From: Trichosphaerium sp. ATCC 40318
Taxonomy: Eukaryota; Protista; Tubulinea
Direction of reading: 5' to 3'
Assembly: GCA_038496445.1 (NCBI GenBank)
Contig: JALMLS010000421.1
Coordinates: 1 to 64,000 of the forward strand
Length of the DNA stretch: 64,000 nt
How positions within the stretch are numbered: position 1 is the stretch's first letter; each line of letters opens with the position of its first letter. Under the pieces are notes generated by a model. The model was not told where the DNA came from, did no database searches, and was given only the letters and a program-made list of their open reading frames with translations. Positions 1-12,997 of this stretch are shown one piece after another. Both the position numbers and the translations under genes were made by a program.

Positions 1-2190
<2,190 letters not shown>

Positions 2191-2313
2191 GCAACAAAGA
2201 ATAAATATTAATAAAATACTGCTTGTAAGCATTACAATACTTTAACCATCGCACCATCGTTTTTTGTTTGATAAATGCCACAGAATCAAAAAGGCATAGT
2301 CAGCTTTTTCGAA

Positions 2314-3025
2314 TCACTGCAACTGTTTATAGTCCTCACACTTTTGGTCATCAACATACATACAGTGTGTAGCTAGTTGTCCATTTCTTCGCCACTCTTT
2401 ACACTCACCATTCTTTTTATCTTCGATGAATGTACATTGGAAACCAAGTTGACCGTTTTCATACCATTGATTGAAATAGCCATTTAACTTATCATCTATA
2501 CATACACACTGTATACCAAGTTGACCGTTTTCATACCACTGATTGAAATAGCCATTTAACTTATCATCTATACGTATACACTGTATGTAAAGTTGTCCAT
2601 TCTTGTACCACTGTTTGTACTCAACAATGTGTGTGAAGTTGTCCGTTCTCATGCCATTCCTTGTACTCACCACTTTTCTTGTCATTAACATAAGTAGTAT
2701 GTACATAAAGTTGTCCTTTCTTTGTCCACTGCTTATACTCTCCATTCTTTTTATCTTCGAAATACATACATTGTATCCAAAGTTGATTATTATCATGCCA
2801 GTGCTTGTAAGTACCGCTTTTTTTACCATTAACCATATTATATTTGGCCTCTATTCTACCATTTGGAAACCATTCTACCCAAACACCATTTTTCTCAAGT
2901 TTGGTATTGTAATGTGTATTAATTGCAGCCGTTTTTGAAAGGCTAAGGAACTTATTGAATACTTCCGAGGTAAATGTACATAAATAACGTTGAATATCAC
3001 CTGGAAGCTCAATAATAGTGCACAT
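2314..3025 (-). pseudogene. Intronless F-box-like + MORN-variant (YwqK-like) repeat protein, frameshifted near 2620
   Basis: N-terminal IIELPGDIQRYL followed by 24-aa repeats (KNGEYKQWYENGQL-type). ORFs 2621-3025 and 2314-2829 join out of frame where part of one repeat is missing. Confidence 0.75.
2444..2587. repeat. Near-identical 72-bp tandem duplication within the MORN gene
   Basis: ccaagttgaccgttttcatacca(t/c)tgattgaaatagccatttaacttatcatctatac starts at both 2444 and 2516. Confidence 0.9.
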
Positions 3026-3202
3026 CTGGGTAGTATTGATGAGTTATGTAGTTTTACTGGTAGAGAATGAGATTCTTGTGCAGGGATCTCCAAAAATCCA
3101 CAAAAAATTCTGAAAAATTATTTTGATTTTTCGCGATTGTGAAATTAAGTTTAATAAAGTTAACTTACCGCCAAAATTCTCTCATTGGTCCAACTCAGCC
3201 AC

Positions 3203-4027
3203 ATGTCACGTTGGGCAAGAGAAAAGCCCGGTTTATCATGCCAGTGTTTGTTAAAAAACCTTCCAATGTATCTGCAACTTGTTGCACCAGATACTATCCG
3301 ACACAACATTGTAAAGATTGGTACTCAACCTTTGATGCGTTGTGGAAGGTACTTCAAACAAACCAAAGCGTTGGGAGGGCCTGACTTTAGAAACTTATCA
3401 TACAATGGTTTGGGTGCATTAAAGTATTACCATTGCATCAAACCTCTTAACACTTGTGTAAAAATCGTCAATGAAAAAGGAAAATGCTCAAGTTGTCCAA
3501 AAAACTCGAAATGCACTGTAGAACGACACATCTATGTTACTTCAGACAATCCAGAGTTAGCTCACATCAATTCCTATGGAACTCACGCACCAGAGTTTTC
3601 CGCGCGTAAAACTGTGGATAAAAAGTTCTTTTATTTTCAGGTACTTTATTTTATACAACATGCTACAAGAGTTAATGTTAACAATGCCTAGATACGCAAA
3701 CATGCTAAAGAACTGGATGCTTTCAAAGATAATTATTATGGAGCTATCAAACCAATGTATATACATCGTGTCATGGTACCAAAGCTTATAACTAAACTAA
3801 AAGTACCAACAACATGGAATCCTGACCTATGTGTTATCACTAAATGGATGCATGCATGGCGAACTAGAGCACGATCTGAGTACAAGTACAAACTATTTTT
3901 TGTTTGTCGTTTTTGTTTACTTACCTTCATCAACTCATTTCTTTTTAGACTGCCTGACACTGTAGCTGAAGAGATATCAGAAGTGTTGTTGTCTCCAACT
4001 CTACGTCCATATGTAGTGTATCCACAA
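3203..4027 (+). pseudogene. WRKY/GCM1-like zinc-finger ORF (Mutator-like transposase N-terminus?), truncated by the CMC element
   Basis: Reads KYYHC...KCTVERHIYVTSDNPELAHINSYGTH, resembling the WRKY C..C...Y.G.H fold. Two short GT-AG introns; the frame runs directly into the TIR at 4028. Confidence 0.45.
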
Positions 4028-4345
4028 CACCAGTAGTAAAATCAAAATAGGATTTATAAAGGATTCCTTTAATTTTTCCTAAGGATTTTTTTCCGAAAAA
4101 ACTCTTCCTTAGTTCCCTTGGAATTTGTATGGAATTCTTTAAAAATTTACATTGGAATTTTCAAAGGATTTACAAAGCAATTTCGAATGGACTTTTAATG
4201 GAATATCATAGGGATTTACATTGAAATTCTTGAAGGATTTCTTAAGGATTTTTCTTTGGATTTGTACTGGAATTATAAGGAGATTTTCGTAGGAATTCTT
4301 GTGACATTCGTATTGGAATTTTTAAAGGATTTAAATGAAAAATCA
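4028..4345 (+). repeat. Left TIR plus subterminal GGA(A)TTY repeat field
   Basis: ~28-bp TIR followed by many ggattt/ggaattt/ggaattc motifs spaced roughly 10-25 bp apart. Confidence 0.85.
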
Positions 4346-4412
4346 TGGAAAAACTGGTAAATGAACTATTTATTGGTAACTACAATGCTGTTGTGAGTAT
4401 GGTTTTAGTATA

Positions 4413-5475
4413 TTAGCCAACTATAAACTTGTAGTGATCTTTTGCAGTTGATAGTTGATGTACAATATCTTTCATGAAAATACGATTGGTAACGACTAAA
4501 AGCAATCAGCTACTGAATGATTCAAAATGTGGTTACGTACGTAAAGGGTATTTTTGAACTATTTGTTTATGCTCAGTACAGTGTTTGACGTTTTTTAAAA
4601 AACCAAACAATTGTGACTGCAAACCTTCTATTAATACATCATCAGATGCCTTTGTAAGATATGCAATTGGTTCTGTGTCATCTTGAAAGCATTTTTCAAT
4701 ACATTTAAGTACACCAAGGCCAGTGGCTCCAGGTGAAAGGCATTTTTTTAACGTTATACATTTTGGGTTTTTTTTGCAATTCAGAAACGACATGACCAGT
4801 TTTTTAGAATTCTCAAACAGGTGTGTAGGCGCTTAATACTATTAATGTTTGAAACAAGATATTTTTTTACATACCAACAAAAACGAGATCATTTTTGGAC
4901 TTTACAGTTAGCGTCCAATGCCTAATAAAAAGTTAAAATCATGAAATAAACTCAATCGTTACCATTTTTGTGGATAATCTAGCTCCAACCCAATTGCAAA
5001 AGCATCAAAAGCTATCTTTACAGTGTTATCTTTACATAATAGCACTGGAACAGGAGCTATCCATGATGCAGTGCGTTGATTAGATAGACTTTTCTAGCAA
5101 ACTGTATAAGAAAAACAGTTCGAAAAAAAAAAGAAATAAAACGTACTGCTTTGTGTTTGTTAAAATCTTGCGGTTTGATGATTACACCATCATATTTTAA
5201 TGCTATCAGTGCCCAAAGAGCTTTTTGTGTGAACACAAAGTCATCTTTGGCAAACAGCGGCAAAAACTCTCGTATTTGCACTGTCGTATCACCTGACACT
5301 GTGTAAAACTCATCTCGTTTGTCTATAACAATCTAACAATAAATGTAAACGAAATACACAAAGAGCTCATTGTATGTACCTCACTAGCAGTAGTTTTGTT
5401 GTTTGATTGAGCAACATCTGCAGATGTTGCTTGTGAGTCATTTGTTTGCAAGTCGTTCATTTGCGAAGAAAACAT
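4413..5475 (-). CDS. Transposon accessory gene C: degenerate Ulp1/SENP (C48)-like protein
   Basis: Manual splicing gives an open frame with IAPVPVLL...WHWTLTVK...LVFVAP...PGATGLGVLKCIE; stop TAA at 4413-4415, AATAAA just downstream. Start codon uncertain. Confidence 0.55.
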
Positions 5476-5620
5476 GGCTGGGACAGGAGGCAAAACATAA
5501 TTGTTGCCACCTACAAAATGTGCATTGTTGGTTGTTGTTGGCTTTGTTTGTTGCTGAAATACCACCAATGGGTGTTGATAATCAATTGTACTTCTACGAT
5601 CATAATTAAAAAGCTGAAAG

Positions 5621-6615
5621 TTATGGAACACAATTTAGTTCGTACAGAAATGAAAAATCTGCTTCAGAGTACTTCATTTTAAGCTTTGCTATTGTAGAAT
5701 CAAATGGCGTATAAAATCGTTCTTTCGTATTTGGTTTAAAAGCAAGAATATAATTGTAACAGCCACAATAAAACGGTTTTTTGTTTTTGTGTGAAGAGAA
5801 AAAACTGGGCAACATGATTTCTGCCATTGCAACCAGTCTATGCACTAAATATTTGGTGAGAACTACGTTTAAAAGACATAAACAGTGAGTGCCTGTTGTA
5901 ATTTTGTCTTCGTTTTTGGTTTGAAAATGTACGAGAAACTTTGATATGAGTGCTTTAAACCTTTTTAAAACACTTTCTTCTCTGTACTTGTCCAAAGCTT
6001 TGTATATATCGACCAGCGACATTTTTGTTTTGGCTTCGTAGCTGCTGTACACTTTCAAAATTGTACGCTCCATCTCACTGTTGGTTGGAATGCTTTGAAA
6101 CTTGCCAGAAAGCCAAAGGTACTCAATCATTAAAGGTTTTCTCCAAGGCTAAGTAAAAATAAGCGCTCAAAATTTTGTGATAACAACCAACGAAAAGCCA
6201 ATACATTCCAGCTATTACAATAGCATTTGATTCGTAAAAAAAATTAAAAAAGGAGAATTCTAAAGACGCAGCCCATATTTATTGTCGTTTAGCCGCATTA
6301 AACCAGATTTGGTGTTCTATTCATAAAAAGAAGAAAAAAAGGGTAACTTTTGAAGATGCGAACCATATTAATTGTAGTTTGCTTTTGTTTAAGCAGCTTT
6401 GCCATGTCTGCTTGTAATTCGTCCAATTTTTTGTTTTGATCTGTAATAATTCGTAACAGCGTTTGAAAACAACCTATGCAATGATGAATTGTTTGCGTCA
6501 ACATACTGTGCATACCTTGAAAATAGAGAGTTAATTCTTTTATCTCTTCTGTAGAGTTAGATGCTATTGGTATTGCACCAACATCTACACGTTTTCTTTT
6601 ACGTGCAGCCATCAT
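5621..6615 (-). CDS. Transposon accessory gene B: NLS + coiled-coil protein of unknown function
   Basis: MMAARKRKR (NLS-like), heptad-like ITDQNKKLDELQADMAKLLKQ, then exons continuing into ORF 5621-6130. One splice donor (gtcttt) is weak. Confidence 0.6.
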
Positions 6616-6703
6616 TAACAATAATTTACTTTTTGCGTGGCTTAAAAAATAGCTCCATCTACCTTAAAAGATTGGTTCAAAATGAACTGACTTTATTTTA
6701 GAT

Positions 6704-7954
6704 CTACAAAAAATTGTCAAATCGTTCTAATGCTAGAGATTCTGCCATGGAAATCAACACATAAGAGTCCATAGCTATCTTCCATTTACCAAATTTAGGG
6801 TGTACGAACAAACCTTCGAATGCTGTATATGCTACCATGTCATAGTTGTCAATAGTAGGAGTGAGTACATTGGGAAACATCCAAAATTCATCATATGGTA
6901 TTCTTTCTGTAGACCACAAATAAACAAAAGGCCATGTCATGTTGTTTGGCCATACAAATTGAATAGCAGCGACGAAATCGTAACCAGAACAATCGTGGCT
7001 TACTTCTAAAGCAAAGTGAGGAACGATTATCTTGTGCCTTCGTTCGTACTTGTTTTTGTTTTCTTCACATGGTCAATAAGGATGCTATCAAATAATTCCA
7101 ACCAAGGCTTATTTGTTTGTTTGTTATAAGCAACAACACGAACACCATCATTACATTGATAATCAATGTACATTACTGGCAGATGTCTATGTTCCACAAC
7201 AGCAATTACACGTACTTCTAACAATGTCTTTGAGAGAGCATACTTCGTTTTTGATACATACAATGTGTCCATCAAGGTAAACGTATTTTCAACCTCATAA
7301 GAAAGAGCATTAGTCGTAAAGTTAACTTGTATAGTTTCTTCATCGTTGTTTTTTACAGTCGTTCTAATTTCTTTTTCCAAACGACCTTCTGAAGTAAACC
7401 AAAACACATCCCTAAACGAAACAATTATTTACCAGCAGCACACTAGGTAAAGTATGCACTTGTATTGAACAGAATTAACAACTTGGACAACCAAAACTTT
7501 GACACATCTACCTTCATCAAATGTAGCTTGAATTGAACAAGAGCCGTCTTTTTTGTGTTTAATCCATACTCCTTGCTTTAACCATTGGTTGTTGTGTCTT
7601 GTGAACAATGGGGACAAAAACTGATGAACAAGATAATATCCTGTTAAAACCTTTGCTTGATTTACATACTCTCATGAGCAAAGATGCAAATAGTCACGAT
7701 TTTAGAGAAGAAGGTACCTTTTGTATCAGCTTGAAGGTACTTCTGTTTATTGATGCATTGTTTTTATTTAACCATACAATTAGGAGTATATTCCAGGCTG
7801 TACAGGCATTCCTTTCCATACCGATGGTGGAATAGATAGTCATGTAAATGAAACCAATGGCATCAGTTGCTTTGGGTTTACACTTGAAGACTCTGATAAA
7901 TGTAATTTGAAAACAATCACTGTTGAAGGTAAATTGTACTAATTCTTTTATCAT
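6704..7954 (-). CDS. Transposon accessory gene A: unknown protein with degenerate MORN-variant-like repeats
   Basis: ORFs 7694-7954, 7429-7617, 7027-7407 and 6704-6940 join in frame through short GT-AG introns; contains KQGVWIKHKKDGSCSIQATFDEG and WFTSEGRLEKE. Confidence 0.6.
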
Positions 7955-7985
7955 ATATTTAAACTTTCAATTAGGAACCAAGCGA

Positions 7986-9267
7986 ATGCACACTTTATAT
8001 GGCAACAATTTTATTTGGGCACTACATGGCAGCCGTAATGACAATAATGGTGCTGGAGGAGTTAGACATAGATTAGAAATAAGTACATTACAAAACAAAC
8101 GTAGCATTTGGACAATAGTGCTTAGACGCACAACTTCAAAAACAGATAAGGTTAGTATCAAAAAAACTCCAATTGTCCACTCTTTATTTCTTGGTAACTG
8201 TTGCTTATGTTGTAGATTGATGACACAATACTTAAAAAAATGGCATTTATAAACCAATTAAGCAAGACTTTACGAGAATATCCAAAAAAGAAACCACTCA
8301 ACCACAAATTGGAGCTAAATACTTTATCAGTTAGATATCAAGCGAACAAACATTTGCTGTTAAATGTTTTGGAGCTTAACGCAACAAAAGGTTTACCGAA
8401 AGATGGATTGTTTTGCTTGCATGAAGGAGATTTGCTTATGTGTGATTGTCACACACTGTGTGCCTTAGGTTTGTACACCAATCCATATTGGGCTTTACAT
8501 GGAAATAAATCAGTTGGTTTAAAGGTAATTATCAAACCTGGTATACGCGACAATGAGTACGTTTCTTTTTTTATTCATAGTAAGTGTTAAGTTATTTAGA
8601 ATTGTATACAATGATTGGATGTTAATATGTTTAAGTGAAACTGAAACATATTACAACAGACAAGTGGATTACATAAAAAAATCTATTGAACTACAAGCTA
8701 AACATTCTACTGACAGGTTCAAAGGCAAAACATACTCCATTTTACCCTTACAAAGCACAAAAACGAATGTTGACGCTCAATTGAAGTACCAAAATGAATT
8801 TGCACATTGTATGTACCTTCTTTTACACTTTTTTACAATTGATTGCTCATCAATGATTATAGGTTCAAAATCACTCGGCCAAATACAAGAGTGGTATGCA
8901 CATGGCATTGTGTATAAATATCAACAGCGTATTGCCGTTTTTAGAAGAGAGCGACGACAAAAAGTTAAACTGTTGTCTGGACCAAAAGAAAAAGATGGAA
9001 AAAACTCTTTTGCTCTTGTAAATACTGCGTTGTCTTGCACATGCTGTTTCCACAAACCTAACTTTGTTACCACATTCATGGCAACACCTACACAAACACC
9101 TTTAGATTACAATGAAACTAATCCGACATCATTTCAAACTGCAGTCAACGAGACAAAGGTACATGTTGTTCGCTATGCTGTTTCTAACCTTTTCGTTTTA
9201 TTAGACACTTCAAAAGTTTTTGTATGGTACACTTCAAAAGTGTTTAAGCAATTTTACTTACAAATGA
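7986..9267 (+). CDS. Transposon accessory gene D: unknown protein with duplicated LY.N..WALHG motif
   Basis: ORFs 7923-8252, 8240-8590 and 8553-9284 join in frame through short introns; stop TGA at 9265-9267, AATAAA at ~9296. Confidence 0.65.
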
Positions 9268-9334
9268 TAGGTTCGTCAATGTAATTCTGTTAATCAATAA
9301 ATATATTATATTTAATTTTATTCAATTGAATTAA

Positions 9335-12300
9335 ATGTATCTTTGCTCGGCTTGTAATGTGTGGTTACACCGCAGTAATCACGCAAGACATCTAAAAACA
9401 GATATTCACCAAGCTAATGAATTACGACTGAGAATAATCAATCCTACTATAACAACCAATGTTCAAACGCAGGATAATAACAATAACGCATCAAACACTA
9501 TACTGCGTACTCTTTTCGTTAAAAAAACTAATTCTAATTATCTTATAGCAGCTCTTCACGTACAAACGTTAAATACACTGCCCAACACTACGAATACGAT
9601 TAATAATGTTCTTTTGCCTACGAATCCTCAAAACCAATTCGAAACAGCTTTTGCCGAGCCAATCATGCACGATGCCACAGAAACCGAACGAAAAGCTTAT
9701 TGTGAAAATGCAAATACACAAGAACTTGCTATTGTTAGAACACAGCAAATGGAATTTACTACAATGTTGCAAACAAGCATACCTACGATAGAAAAGGCAC
9801 CAGCATCTGATCAGTTTTTGTACTTAGTGCGCAAGCTGCAATTAGAACAACAATTGCCTGACGAAAATGTCAAGCTTTGGTTAAACTTTTTCAAAACTGC
9901 AGAAACAATCATCAACAAACAAAGCGAGTTTTCAACGACAACTACAAACTCCAAATCAACTCTATCATTTTTTAATGACAAATTAAGTGTTGCTAGCAGC
10001 AAAAAAACGTTTCAAAAGGCATGATTTTCTTATTAATCAACTTAAAGCTTACCAAGGCTTAGTACACACCAAAACTAAACATGCAAAACATAAAGATTGA
10101 AACGACAAACAACTCATTTACAGAAGTTCCATTTATTCCTCCTTCTGAATATGTCAGATTGTTAATATATCATTTAAAAGATAGAAACAGCATAAATGAC
10201 AACTCTAAGTACCCACACATGGTCAATAGAGCTGATATAAATGGAGAAATCAACAACATTCAGATATTTGAAGGTCCAGACACATCACAACGATATCATG
10301 ATTTGTATTTAGATGTTGAAAAGACAGAACGAAACATCAGATTAGCAGGTACAATATTGCTTCAATGGCTTACATTCCTAATTTTTAACCTTTATTTGTA
10401 GCATATGTGTGCCATGACGACTTCACATATGACAAAAAAGATAGTTTTGGCCCAATGTACCTAGTTATTTGGAATATGCCGAATAGTGAAGAAATGCAAG
10501 GAAAGATGACATTGTTTGTGTTGCCTACCAACGTAATAATGGCAAGTGCAATGAAGTATGTTGTAAATGATATTTCAATGATGTATGATGGCATTGAACT
10601 TCAGAGTCCACAATTGCAACAAGTACTTTTTTATTACCAGTATAAGTTGCTTTTTTTCTTATTTTTCGCAGACATTTAAAGTGTACTTAAGATTGGAAAA
10701 AATACTAGGAGACATGCCAGGAACATGCAAGGTTGTATGTACGTTACCTTTCACATCATTAAAAACACTTTACTAAGATTATAGCTATAAAAAACCATGG
10801 TTCAAATCTGCCTTGTCGGGTTTGTGACATATCCAAAGCTGATTTAAAAAGCCCTCAAAAACAGTACAAAAAAAGAACAAAAGAACAAGCACTCATGGTT
10901 TATAACGACAACTCTGTTTCTTACAAAAACAAACTGTATTCATTATGTTTTAATGCTTTTGTACGTAGAGGGTTGTGTGCATCTTTACTTATTGTTTTGT
11001 AGTCTCCATTTTTGTTTCTTCGCAACTTTGACATTTTCCAACACTCTCCTTTTTGTCCGTTTCACAATATTTTATTGGGAATTGCAAAACAAATATTGAT
11101 AGGCACTCTTGAAATGCTTCAAGAAAAGTATTCAAAGTCTGTGCAAAAACAAATAAATGATACTATTGATTGGTACAAAAAACAAAAACACATTTCCATC
11201 AACAAGTACATTTCTGCTTTTTTCCAAAAAAAAGTAACTGTTTTGAATTTAGAAGCAAACCTGTGTGGGATAAACAAGGAGATGTGTGTTTGGTTAAACA
11301 TGGTTGGGATGGAGCTGATACTAGATCTTTTTTGCAAATGGCATTGTTTGTTTTCAGGTCATTGTGTTCTAAAAAAGTAATGGAAACATGGTACGTTCAA
11401 CTTTATAGCACTCCAAAAATAAAAAACCCCTAAAATTCTTTAGGTGTGCTTTACTTAGCTACATTGCTCTGATGTCAAGAAGTTTTTTACAAGAATCTAA
11501 ATTACATTTGGTCACTCATGCTGCCACCAGTTTAAGAAAACTGGTGATGACAAACTTACCAAGTAAGTTAACTGATTAGTTTGTTATTAACGCTTCGAAA
11601 GATGTAAATGTCACAACACCTAACTTTCATGTTTTATTGCACCATGAAGATGCTATTCGAATGTTTGGCATGCCAAAACATTACAGGTTTAGTATGATGT
11701 GATTAAAAAGCAATTAACATTTTTGTTAGCACCTACAGCTGTGAATCCAAACATAGAAAAATCAAAAATTGGAAACGAAGCACAAAGGGTTGCAAAAAAA
11801 TAAGGTACTCATTGCTTTTTTAGTACGAATACTTTTATAATGCTGTTAGAGATATAATGGCAAGAGAGTGTGACTCTATTTCTTCCTATTTTGCTGGAAC
11901 TTTTGACAAAACAATGAATGAACTGTCCGACAACAATCCAAAAGACAAAAAAAACCTTTCAAAGTTTGTTTATGTAGCCAAAGCTCTTTTAAACATTCCT
12001 GAAGCTAACTGGACTCTTCGTACCACAATGTGCTTACAATTAAATTGTTGATTGTATTTTTAGATAATAGGAAACTTGTGCGTTTTGAGTTTTTATCTCA
12101 AACATTTAAAACGGCCTTGTACAATGACACAAATGAATGCAATATTGAGAAAACCTTGCAAATTGCAATGTACAACACTGCAAAATGTGTACAAAGAGAA
12201 TTGTCAGTGTGTGTTTCTAAAAATACATGTCTCAAAACGTGGAGGCCTGAAAAATTAGAAACTAGAAGTGATTGCATTTACATTGAAACGACTGCCATAG

Positions 12301-12630
12301 TACAACTATATGCAGGTCAAGAAGTTTATGTTTTTGGCAGGTGAGTTACAAAAAGCTTGCTAATTGTATACTTACATTAAATATTAATAGGTTGTATACT
12401 ATAAAAGATTTTCATAATAGATACGATGAAATTACAGAACTGGTGACGTATGTACATGACAACAAAACTTCTTTCATTAATTGTCAAGTAGAATTGTTCA
12501 CAATGAGGATGATCCATGTGCTTGTGTTCCCTTGTCTATGATATATAGATCTGAATGTATAATTCCCCATCCTGATGCTGAAACAAACATTTACTTGGTG
12601 AATTATTACCAACGAACCATTCCTAAGTAA
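9335..12630 (+). CDS. CMC/EnSpm-like DDE transposase, multi-exon, apparently intact
   Basis: N-terminal C-x2-C-x11-H-x5-H finger; HDDF...SFGPMYLVIWNMP (first D); GDMPG...KNHG...CRVC (second D); PFHNILLG; PNFHVLLH...IRMFG.P...STYSCESKH (E). Stop TAA at 12628-12630, AATAAA at ~12666. Confidence 0.88.
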
Positions 12631-12697
12631 ATCATACTGATAAGTAGCTCAAATGCGTGATAGTTAATAAAACTGCCGTACAATTTTTGACAATACA

Positions 12698-12871
12698 ATA
12701 AATCCTATGGAATTCCCAATGGTTACGGAATAATGAAGAAATCCCTTTAAATATCCAAATGAAAATGAAATGTGACGAAGGATTTTTGCCACAATTCCTT
12801 TAAAATCCCAAAAAAATACGGAATTTTGCAGGATTCCAGTTGAAAATCCTAGTTTTGTTTTACTACTGATG
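12698..12871 (-). repeat. Right subterminal AA(A)TCC repeat field plus right TIR
   Basis: Repeated aaatcc/aattcc/ggattt motifs ending in aatcctagttttgttttactactgatg. Confidence 0.85.
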
Positions 12872-12997
12872 TAGTAATGTATGGTTCAAATTAACCTTTC
12901 ACTTGAAATAAATACACAATTATTTCGTCGAAAAATATTTGCCGAAGCCAGCTAAGGGCTTAGGTGGGTTCAGCAAATAATCATTTAATGTCAATAC

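Larger units (their letters stand above)
4028..12871. mobile_element. CMC-superfamily (CACTA/EnSpm/Plavaka-like) DNA transposon, ~8.8 kb, five genes
   Basis: Left end CACCAGTAGTAAAATCAAAATAGGATTT; reverse complement of right end CATCAGTAGTAAAACAAAACTAGGATTT. GGA(A)TT subterminal repeats at both ends; internal DDE transposase. Confidence 0.88.

Noticed and set aside
4050-4345. Repeated GGAATT motifs as a CRISPR-like array
   Set aside because: The motifs are only 6-7 bp, irregularly spaced and mirrored at the other end of the element, which fits subterminal repeats.
4028-12871. Possible Fanzor/TnpB or TET/JBP cargo in the element
   Set aside because: No RuvC (DPG...E...RDxNA) or HxD...H dioxygenase motifs were found in the reconstructed accessory proteins.
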